This document shows positions 54,150 to 64,000 of a stretch of 64,000 nucleotides of DNA, one piece after another (position 1 is the first letter of the stretch; each line of letters opens with the position of its first letter). The position numbers and the translations under genes are program-made. The stretch covers positions 1-64,000 of the forward strand of contig NW_021833451.1 of assembly GCF_006345805.1 (NCBI RefSeq). Reading direction: 5' to 3'. The notes under the pieces are model-generated. The model worked only from the letters and a program-made list of their open reading frames with translations, ran no database searches and was not told the DNA's origin. Source of the DNA: Octopus sinensis (Eukaryota).

Positions 54150-55451
54150 ATTTATTACAATAGGTCCAAAAGAAAAGTGGCCGAGGAATTAGAGCTTAGG
54201 GGGCTTGATAACGAGAGCCACGAAGGTCTCAACTTCGGTTTTGCCCCAGGAGACTGTCTTATCTCCCTCAGCGAGTTCGAGTTTTTGCCAGGATCGCGTC
54301 AATCGTGTCAACACTCCGCTCATGCAGGTCTTCCAGCGGACTGCTGAGCTCCAGGCCGAATGCCAGTTTGATGGCAAATCGTCTGGTTTTTTCGAGTTTG
54401 GCGATTAGAAGGTCCCTTTCATCAGTTTGGTACCAGCCCTCCGAGCCATAGATTATTAGTGGCTGAACACAAGTCTGGTAGATGTGTAGAAACGTTTCTG
54501 CGCTTAGACAAAAACGCCTCAGTCCTTTTAGGATTTTCGCTCCTTGTTTCCGCTTTGCATGCACATGGGGTTTGTATGACCCGGTGGGGTCTATAGTTAC
54601 TCCCAGGTAACGTAGGTTCTTCGATATAATCAGGTTCCCATAATCCTCGAAAGTCGGTTTTTTGTCACGACCCATTGAAATCCAACAAATGGTACTTTTG
54701 TCCAGGGCAAGATTCAAGCCTTTACCATTGCACCAGATTTCAAGTTCCTCCAAGTACGGTTCTAGTCTGCTCCAGGACAGCCTTCTTCTGTGTCGGGGTC
54801 CCCACATCGAGACATCCGTAACCAAGATATCGTCTGCGTAGATAATTAGTCTGCTCGTAGGAAAATGTGGTTTCGGGACGTCGGCCAGAAATATATTAAA
54901 GGCAAGGGGCTGAGAACCGATCCCTGAGGAACACCTCTCCTCAGATTCACGGCCTTCGATAGCAAATTTCCACAACGAATGAACGATTTTCTCTCGCACA
55001 AGAAGTCCTTAAGCCATCCGACAGTTTTTCGCCCAGCACCCAACTCCGCTACTTTATCTAACAACCCCAAGTGCCAGACACTGTCAAAGGCCTTGCAGAC
55101 GTCCAGGCAGACCGCCGTTAGGCAGGCTTTATGTTGTTTGGCCCGAGTCAGTTCTTCCTCAAGAAGCGAGAAACAGTGACCGGTTGATCGACCAGGTCTA
55201 AAACCCCACTGTTCCTCCGCGAGTATATTATTTTGTTCCACGTAAGCCGATAAACGATTGAAAATAATTCTTTCCATTATCCTCGACGTTGTGCAGATAA
55301 GGCTAATTGGCCTATAACTTCCTGCCTGCGTATTTGGTTTTCCAGGTTTTGGGATCATTCGGACGATTGTTCGTTTCCAGCTAGGTGGGACGTGACCATT
55401 GTCCCAACTGGCATTGAATAGTTTCACCAGAATACGAAGAGGCAAAAGCAT
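54150..55451 (-). mobile_element. Jockey-like LINE RT, 5'-truncated
   Basis: YRPISL, QWGFRPGRST, LDVCKAFDSVWH, GVPQGSVLSP, IYADD, RYLGV, YQTCVQP.IIYG. Confidence 0.9.
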
Positions 55452-55949
55452 AACTGAATAAAAACTGAGGGCAGCATCCGCTTCTGCATCAGATAGAGAA
55501 GGAATATTGGAGATTTGATATCAAAAGAAAAAAACTTAGACGAGAGAAAACTCACTCATTTCAGATTAAATTTCTAGACGGGAACAAATTTTCGACAAAC
55601 ATACCCGGAGATCGTCTTCAATTGAGAACAACCTGTTTCTGTTTTTTGATTTAATCTCGACTGGACAAGAGAAAGCTTGTTCACACTTATAAAATGTTAA
55701 ATACTAAAGCAATATTTTAATTGATTTTTAAAATTTGAAGGATAAGAATCTTTTATGGAAATATAAAGCATATCTGTCGACAATTCAGCAAAACTGAAAG
55801 AGAAGATCTAAGCTTACAAATTGACACTTCAAAGTTAATTAAAATCTTTTTGGTGAGTCAAAAATAAAGGGTTTCTCGATCTATTTAAGATTTGTCCTAA
55901 CAAAAATTAGAATTGTTGCAATAAAAAAAAGAATAGTTTCAACATACCT

Positions 55950-56350
55950 GATTGTTCCAATAAAAATCAGAAAAGTTAAAAACAACATTTATATTAAAAG
56001 AACTCTTATTCATTAATTATATAAACTTAATTAAACAAGTATTACATTTTAATAACCAGAAGCACTGTTGAACGGATACTTAATCATTTTTATTATAAAA
56101 TGAAATCTGTAGTTCCAGTGGCAGAAAAAGAAATGCTGATCTTGTTAAAAATTTAAAATTGGACTACGTTTCAAAATTTTGGTTACTCGAAACAGAATCT
56201 TGAAATTTAAGTTTTATTTGTATTGACGAAGTTGGTTTTAAGTCAAAAAGAAGTCAATCTAATGAAGAAACTTTACCTTATGTTAGGATCGCAGCTGAAA
56301 GAAGTCGTAAATTTCTGTTTTGGCAGCAATTAATAAATATTGAACGATAT
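55950..56350 (+). mobile_element. Tc1/IS630-like transposase fragment
   Basis: VPVAE.RN..FICIDEVGF..ERSR remnant. Confidence 0.55.
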
Positions 56351-56399
56351 TCTTTAAAATTTACACGTGTTTGATGCATTTGTTGGAATTGACTAGGGA

Positions 56400-57140
56400 A
56401 CAACTTGAAAAAATTGAGAAATTTTAAATTTCATCAATAGCTGAGAATTCATTAGACAAGAAACAACGATTTCGATTAAAAAGCTATCGCAAAAATTTGT
56501 TTTTGAAGACGGTAAAGCGTTTTTATTGAAGGATGGCCTAAAATTACGGTTCTTTGCAGTTGAAAATAGTGAACTGAAATTGAAGATAATTGAGGTAGTG
56601 TATCTGCTTTATTGAAATCTGAGCTAATAAACAATTTTGGCCGAGATAGACTTAGTAGTATGTGGAGGAATAGTTTCTACAACATAATGACAGAAGATAT
56701 CCGCTTTGTTTTAAAAAAATGTTTATTGCCAAGTATTGGCTATTTATTTATTAGCTAGTCAAAAAAATTGATGGCAACCAAGCCAACTATCAGTCCAATC
56801 ATTGCCAGAAGTCCTAGAGACCATTATATCCCAGATCTTATAGATCTCAGAAGATATTCAGAAACAAATCGATAAAACTCGTGGTATGCTGTTGTGAACT
56901 AGTAAGCTGTTGTAGAACTAGCAAAGAATAAAAGTGCATTGGAAATTTCATCTCTACTTGAGAATATATTCTACGTTATTGGAGATTGGAAATTTCATAT
57001 CCCTAACCCGTTATTCTCCAAATTGATAACGGAAGAGAGTTTCGCAATTCTGAAATGGATAAGCTGTGTGAATTTTTTAAAATAAAGCATATCTGTGAAA
57101 GACCTAGAGCACCTTGGGTACAAGGACAAGTTGAAAGGTT
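56400..57140 (+). mobile_element. Ginger-like integrase, decayed, same family as 13428-13905
   Basis: GLKLRFF, FGRDRL, PIIARSPR..DLIDLR, IDNGREF, RPRAPWVQGQVER; 26-nt intron 56733-56758 at the CQ|SKKL position. Confidence 0.75.
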
Positions 57141-57319
57141 TTTTTAAAGCTATTAGTTTTTATAACCGATATTGCACGAATACATCATTATTTGGGTGTA
57201 AAGACATTTATCAGTTCTAACGATTTTAATTTATTTTTTTCTTTCCCCTAATTTGCACTTTAAATCCCTTTGAAAATATTTTCTCTGTCAGGAAATATTA
57301 GTTATAAAGCATAAGCTCA

Positions 57320-58985
57320 AGATGAAGCCGACAATTTTATTATGTCCGAAACTGGCATCCACAAGGCGACCCTCTTGGGCCCCTTTATTCTCACTCGGGG
57401 TTGATCACATTGCCCGCCATTTGTCCTCCGAGGTAAACATTTGGTCCTCGATGATGTTACTCTCGGCGGGACTTTGGAGACCGTCAGGAAGGATATGGAA
57501 AAAATTATTTCTGGTTTTGCGTCTATTGGACTCGCTTTGAATGGATCCAAATCCGAGCTTATATGCTTGTCTGCGAGCCCTTCGGAATTCAAATTAATTT
57601 TTTCGACCTTATCTCGCCATATTGAAGGCCTGGGCATCACCCAGCTTGATGACCTCATCATTCTGGGTTTCCAATCAATAGCAAGGCTACTAAGAAGGCT
57701 TTATATGGCAGGCTCGAAGAATTGGAAACTTTAATCTCCCGCATTTCCAAACTCGAATCCCATTTAGGCCTTTTCTTGCTAAAGAACTATCTCTTCATAC
57801 CGAGGCTAACTTATCTCTTGCGCTCATCGCCGTGCTTTCTCGAACAAAATCACTTATTTCGTCTCGACAACATGGTCTCCGAAGCTCTTGAACTCCTCGT
57901 AAATATCAAATTCAAACCTTCAGACATGCGACGGGTTAATTTACCTATTCGTTACGGGGACATCGGCATTCGTTCTTGTGTTGATTTATCCCTCCCATGT
58001 TACCTTTCCTCGTTGTCTGCCCTGCTACTTCCTTCAACTCTGTTCTCTTCCCCTTCCCTGAAAGCCCGAGTTGTTGGAATATGCGGCGGGTGTCAACATG
58101 TGGATTTCTCGTGGGCTTAAAATCCCGGACGTCCCCTCAGTTCAAAAGAACTGGGATGAGATACATTGTTTGCATACACTCGAAGATATCCGCCTACGTG
58201 CTGACCAGTTTCAGTTGGCAAGCATCAATTGTGCCTGTCAACCCCACTCGGCCGATTGGCTTGACGCTTTGCCGATTTCCTCTGCTGGAATGTTGCTGGA
58301 CGACGAATCTGTCCGCATCGGAATCTGTTTACGGCTTGGCATAGAGATTTGCCTGCCACATCAGTGCAGATGCGGAAAGGTCATTGACAGGAGAGGGCTA
58401 CACCCCTCTCTTGTCGCCTCAGTACCGGCCGTATACCCAGACATGCCGCCTTGAATGATATTGTCAAGCGCGCGCTCAACGCCGCTGGATTCCCTTCGGT
58501 CCTAGAGCCGGTTGGTTTAGACCGTGGCGACGGAAAACGTCCCGACGGGTCCACGCTATTCCCGTTCAAGGGGGGACTCGCTCTCGTTTGGGACGTGACC
58601 TGTGTCGACTCGTTTTCCTCGTCATCTCTCATGGACTCTGCCTCCCGTCCTGGCTCAGCCTCCGCACATGCCGAAACAAAAAAAATAACAAAGTATGCCT
58701 CATTGGAGAACACCTGCCTTTTCGTCCCCCTGGCTTTCGAAACGAGCGGGATAATCGGCCCAAAAGCTCTTGAGTTCCTTTCGGAAATCGGCTTGATGAT
58801 CTCAAGGAAGAGTCACGAGAGACGTGAGTCTAGTTGGCTTTTTCAGCGCATTTCGCTCGCGATATTGCGCGGAAACTGCCTATCTATTCGCGCGTCCTCT
58901 CAATCAAAGAATTAACATCATAAATTTACTTAATTAACAATTATTTAAAAAAAAAACTAAAAATTTCAAAAAAAAAAAAAAATTA
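57320..58985 (+). mobile_element. CRE-clade retrotransposon, longest copy: RT C-terminus, Zn knuckle, REL, A-rich tail
   Basis: QGDPLGP, LDDVTLGG, LP.RYG..G, ADWLDALP, C.PHQCRCG, KRPDG, WDVTC, PLAFETSG, FQRISLAILRGN. Confidence 0.9.
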
Positions 58986-59144
58986 AAGAACTTGATTTCG
59001 GATTAATTTGCTGAAATAAGCCGAGAACATTGTGATTTTTTCTATTGGAAAATGCTTGGTTATATTTGTATGTCTGAGAAAAGAGAAAAAAAATTAATAA
59101 ATAAGAGTTCTTTTTTTTAATAAAGTGAATCAATTTATGATAAT

Positions 59145-59815
59145 TATGTATATTTAATTAGCAGCAGAGGATAGGATGGAATGGCAATTCCCACGCAAGA
59201 TGGCTATTTATAGGCGTTGGAAAAGCCATGTCCGTTCCCGATGATCATTTCTTCTTCTGCTTGCCAAATCCGCCAGTTTAATAAGGAATTTTTAGTTCTG
59301 GGGCCGAGGACTCCCGATGTCTCCACTTCGATCGCGGCAAAGATGTGGCGGTGAGATAATGCACTGTATTTCTTGATTTTTAGCGTTTCGGCCAGGTTGG
59401 CTGCGGAGCCCGGCTCTGAAGCCGACGACAAGATGTTCCCGGCGGAAAAGGTATCCGTGCAAGTGGCGTCCCAGATGAGAGACTTGCCATTTTCAAATGG
59501 GAAGGTCGTTAGACCATCAGGACGTTTACCATCCCCCCGAGCCAGCCCGACCGGTTCCAGCTATGAAGGGAATCCGGCAGTTTCCAGAGTCCGCTTGACT
59601 ATGTCGTTCAGAGCCGTATGTCGAGGGAAGCGTCCGGGACTTCTTTGGCACGATAACGGGTGCAATCCAAAGGGGTCAACGGTCGATCCACAGCGACACC
59701 GATGTTCCCGGCATACGTTCAGACCTAGGCGCATTGATATGTCGATCCTCAGGCAATCATCGTCCAATAAGGTTCCAATAGAACCCATTGGGATGGCGGT
59801 CAACCAAGCCCAGGA
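59145..59815 (-). mobile_element. CRE-like 3' fragment, tail-to-tail with the previous element
   Basis: CREHRCRCG, RHTALNDIVKR, WDATCTDTF, KIKKYS. Confidence 0.88.
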
Positions 59816-60251
59816 AAAATTTTAATATGATCAATTATGTTTTATTATGTATAAATGTTGGGGCATATACATTTTTGATGGAAAGCATTGAGTATCAAAT
59901 AATTGTGCGTATCAAATAATTGTGCTATAATAAGTTTAGACACAATATATTGCAAAAAATGAAAGAACAATTCTTTAAATGGGAGTCACATCCTGGAAAA
60001 TTTAAAACAATTTTGTACAGACATGGCATGAATTATCAGAGGAAACAATAGTCTTACTGTTGATTGAAAAAAAACTCGAAGTCCTACCTGACTTGCCAGA
60101 AGAGTCGGTTTAATTACAGCAATACAGGTAGGATAAATGTCGGTGTAGTTGTTTTAAATGGATAAGAAATTAAATATTTGAATAAAACTACATTGGTTCC
60201 ATAATAAAGAGTAAAAATAAGTTAAAAAAAACAGATTACAAAAATGAAAAA

Positions 60252-61346
60252 TCAATGTTCACATTCCTTAGTGAGGCAAAGTTTCGACAATAGCCCTGAA
60301 AGCTGAATTTCCGAGTCGAGTCCTACCGAAGACAGCCTAAGTTGTTGTAATCCAATCTCCTTCATAAACATGACTTGAATTGCCTCCTTCAAACCGGAAT
60401 GTATTTTGCAGACTTTAAACAACATGGATATTATGTCCTGTCCAGAATAGCCCATTTCCAGGAATTTGTAGAGAATCCGTTCAGCCTCGTCTATTCGTCC
60501 AGACACACAGGCATCCAACATTTCCTTGACCAGACTAGGTCGAGGCTCATCACAAATCTGCCATGTCATCACAACACCACCGAAAAGACGTTATCGGCTG
60601 TGACATCGGCCAGACCAATCACGGTAGACTGGAGGTTGTTGATCGCATTCCTCATATCTCCATCCGCACAAAAAACCAGAGCTCGGAGACCTTCCTGGTC
60701 GTAGCAAACCTTTTCCCTTTCTGCCACTCCTTGGACGCATTGATACACCTCATCGTCCAACATTCTGGTAAAGCGGACGATGGCACAACGTGACTGGATT
60801 GGCTCTAATTTAATAATCCTTTCACGCATGCCGATCAGTTTGCTCGAGTCGTTGCAAGCAAAGAAGAACCGAGTGTGGTGTGAGTTTATTTCCATTGTTC
60901 GGCGAAGGGCCTGTTGGGCAGAACTTGTTATACTGTCAGACTCGTCCAGGATTATCATTTTATGTAAGTTTTCTGGTAAATTTACTTTTTTCTGTGCAAA
61001 ATCCTTGATTTTGTTCCTCACAACATCAATCCCTCTAAAAATAAAATACTACAGTACCGTTCATGAGACGCGTTTAATTCAAGGACGGCTTGGCTAAACA
61101 AATCTCCCAGTAACTCCCGAGCCATGCACAAAATGCTTGTTGTCTTTCCTGTCCCCGGAGGTCCCTTTAAAAATTATTGAATATTGCGTATTACAGAAAT
61201 TATAAGGTTTGGAATATTCCCGGATTGAGCAAAATTTTGAAATGATCAATGGCTTCTTTATTACCAATTACATCCTCAAGTTTTTGAGGTCGATACTTCT
61301 CTACCCTTATTCGTAAAAATGGCACCACCAACCATGGGATTTTCAT
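60252..61346 (-). CDS. RFC2: Replication factor C subunit 2
   Basis: [80 protein letters not shown]. Introns of 27, 30, 23, 27 (GC-AG) and 23 nt. One missing T near 61235. Confidence 0.95.
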
Positions 61347-61449
61347 TTGAATTATACAATTAATTTTTTTTATAAAATTAGAACTTATTACAAACCTAAT
61401 CATCCAAAAAACTGTTGTTGAATTACCTAATTTTGAAAAAAGCAATTTA

Positions 61450-61830
61450 CGTCTTCCGGGCTCAGAAGTTTGACTTGGAACTTCATTGGGGTCGGTTTAC
61501 ACTTTGGAAAAGTCAATATTTTTGGTGATTGCTCTTCCGATGCTCCTCATGTCTGACTGACGCAACAATAAATCGTTACTTATGTTCCCAAACAACACGT
61601 CTCACGTTTTTCAATTTCTTTGTTTAAAATCGAGATTTCGGTTGTCATATCAGTAATTTATCATGTCTCCCATAACTACAATACTCTCAAAGGAAAGTGG
61701 AACGAATTTAGATAGACTCCTTTTTGCTGCATCTCCTGCTGTCGCGGTGGCCTAGAGAAAGAAAATTTTCAATTTTTCGTCGGTGGTTTCTTCAATATTA
61801 AAATTTTGCAATTTTGGATTACATAATAAA
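61450..61830 (-). pseudogene. Decayed fragment resembling the ARHGAP12/15/27 pre-GAP segment
   Basis: DEKLKIF..RP..QEMQQKG and KEIEKR; frame breaks and stops. Confidence 0.3.
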
Positions 61831-62033
61831 TCATTTCATTTTCGTATTGTTTAAGTGAATTAAATTAGAGAACAATATTTTTCATTGATTTACTGTAATA
61901 TAATTGTAAGTGACAAATCCATTTAAAATTAATATTACATTTTTTGCAATATAAGTATATTTATTTCAAATAATATACGAATTAAATATCGATTCGGCGA
62001 CTATAAATTTGTGCGCACTACACTGAAGCTGAA

Positions 62034-62732
62034 ATGAAGCAGCCGTCTGTGCATTCTCATAGCAAACAAAGCAGCGAAAATCTAATCACTCCCGAGTGTT
62101 CCATGAATAATTTTTCACGACAAATTGACCCGGCTGTATCTATCCAGTCCAACACTAACCACCAAGACCCCTCATTTCGAAATTCTAACGGAAGTTTTAT
62201 TCCTTCTTGTATCTCTCTTAACAACCCTGCTTATTTTTATGACAATGTACAGAATAAGAACGTCCCCTCATTTTTGTCGACTCACCACAATAAAGTTGCC
62301 TTGAAACCTCAATATTCTACTATTCCCGTCCCCGTTATATGTGAGAATGACAGAAAAACGTTTTCTTATCCCGACAACAGTGTCGCTCCTTCGGAAAAGC
62401 CTGTGTCCACTCTAAAAAACGGAAACAGTAATTTTGTGAAAAATGTTCAATTTGATGAACCCAATTCAACTCAAGTAGCCGATGAGAGAGGCTCCTCATG
62501 CAAAAAGTCCAATAAAGTGTCATTCAAGACGATACAAACGTTGGCTTGTCTGTCTTTTTTAATGAATCCTATTTTTGGGTGTTTCGCTTTGATTTATGCC
62601 GGGAGGTACATTGAAGACGACGATTATTGCCATGCACGACGGATGGCTTGCATTTCTTATTCTCTGTCTATGGTTGGAATTTGTCTCACTCTTTTTGTTG
62701 TAGTTCCTCTTCTTGTTTTGTTTTTTAAATAA
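62034..62732 (+). CDS. CD225/dispanin-family membrane protein (PRRT-like)
   Basis: Low-complexity N-terminus, then LACLSFLMNPIFGCFALIYA..DY.HARRMA and a C-terminal TM helix. Confidence 0.75.
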   Translation: MKQPSVHSHSKQSSENLITPECSMNNFSRQIDPAVSIQSNTNHQDPSFRNSNGSFIPSCISLNNPAYFYDNVQNKNVPSFLSTHHNKVALKPQYSTIPVPVICENDRKTFSYPDNSVAPSEKPVSTLKNGNSNFVKNVQFDEPNSTQVADERGSSCKKSNKVSFKTIQTLACLSFLMNPIFGCFALIYAGRYIEDDDYCHARRMACISYSLSMVGICLTLFVVVPLLVLFFK

Positions 62733-63119
62733 ATTTTATTTATACTTTCAAGTGAATGTCACTTAAGTAAAAGATACACTACATTTCTGGTTATTATGGA
62801 ATTGGATTTGAACTCAATATTCGTTGACAATTCTCACAAAAAAAGATTGGTTTCAGGAATTGTACATTTGTCATGATTGTGGGAGTTGAGTAGCCGATCG
62901 GTAGTTACTAATATGGGTTTTTGACTAATCATATTTATTTTACAGTAGTAATAAGTCGCGACGTTAATGAGCGCATAAACTTCAAGTTCAAATCTAATTC
63001 AATGAAGCACGCCGTTGAATGGACCGACTATTTTTTATTAAAATAAAAATATAATTTTTATAAAATAGATGACGATCGAATTATTTTAAGTTAATGGATA
63101 ATATTATTTCTAATAAAAA

Positions 63120-63961
63120 ATCCCTTGCGATAGTACGCTCTAATTCTTTCTCGATCGCGTCGAGTTCCCGCCCATGTAGCCTTTAATTAATTAACTTGTA
63201 ATTAAATACTTGTTTCATAAAAAATTATAATTAGGCATTGCGGCATGGTTTTAGTTAAGATTATTTTTCATGAAATACAACAAATTAAGGATTATTTTAA
63301 TTCTGATTCCGATCCGTCATCTTTTAAAGATATCGATAAGAAAAAAAATACAGATTGAAAGAAATTTAGAATCTGATCCGTTTTAAAGACGGAAAACCCA
63401 CATTCTGCAAGAAGATACTGACCTTCGTTTTTCGGCAGTCGAGGAATATAAGCTAACGCTCAAACACATTGAGGCTTCCTATTGTAAAACATGGTCAGTC
63501 AGAACATAATATGGATCACTTTGAACGAAATCGTTTATTTGACAGGCTTCGTAGTTGTTATTACGACCCGAACTGAGGTAGCCCAGATTGTTTAAAAATT
63601 TTCATTTTCCAGGTAGTTTTTAGAACATTCTTAAAAAAATTGTCTTTGATTATAACTCCATCGTTCAAAATCCCGTTCTATGTGTGTGTTGGCCAGAAAC
63701 ACTGTTCACAAGGGTATTTTTATTGGAGGCATATTTATATGGATAGAATTGATTAAAATTACATTCTTATGTTGGTCGATCAACGGCGTGGTCTGTTCAG
63801 CGAATGGTGAGAATAATAATTAAAAAATTGTATATAGGGAAAATCATTTTTTTTTTTTTTTAAGAAAACCAACCAATAACTACAAGTTAATTAATTAAAA
63901 GCTTCAAGTGCGGGAAGCCGACGCGATCGAGAAAGAATTAGAGCGTACTATCGCAAGGGAT
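63120..63961. mobile_element. Non-autonomous element with long terminal inverted repeats
   Basis: 43-bp perfect inverted repeat (ATCCCTTGCGATAGTACGCTCTAATTCTTTCTCGATCGCGTCG) extending imperfectly to about 85 bp; no TSD seen. Confidence 0.7.
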
Positions 63962-64000
63962 ATCCGCTCGAAAAACCATCTCGATTCGCGGGCGTCGCCT

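Noticed and set aside
61225-61245. Frameshifts in conserved genes (RFC2 here; also talin near 52590 and 51590, ABI near 1265) as programmed frameshifting or editing
   Set aside because: All lie in or beside A/T runs and need shifts in both directions, so long-read indel error is simpler. Short-read polishing would decide.
62950-63010. GTTCAAATC B-box suggesting a tRNA or SINE
   Set aside because: No A-box and no cloverleaf could be folded.

Overview
Eukaryotic, AT-rich, standard genetic code, animal-type genes. Small compact host genes sit between dense, nested, mostly decayed transposons. The dominant feature is tiny spliceosomal introns: about 25 that I delimited by hand are 18-30 nt, two with GC donors. 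This best fits a highly reduced parasitic metazoan such as a dicyemid mesozoan (inference; myxozoan or orthonectid not excluded). Host genes recognised by motif: ANKMY2-like (partial), ABI-like, listerin/LTN1-like (TE-interrupted), CTDNEP1, an SLC22 transporter, METTL1 (two copies), AASDH, a very short talin, RFC2, a CD225/dispanin protein, a possible beta-trefoil (FGF-like) gene, and relics of symplekin, a kinase and a RhoGAP. Mobile DNA: pogo/Tigger, several hATs, a Helitron carrying a 96-bp satellite, Ginger-like integrases that themselves contain tiny introns, Tc1/IS630, and LINEs (RTE-like, Jockey/I-like, one with a 2A StopGo motif, CRE-like and R4-like). Positions 19.7-45.3 kb look like a tandem duplication whose first copy lacks 14.3 kb. 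Limits: no searches were run, family calls rest on remembered motif similarity, and homopolymer frameshifts in conserved genes suggest imperfect assembly polishing.
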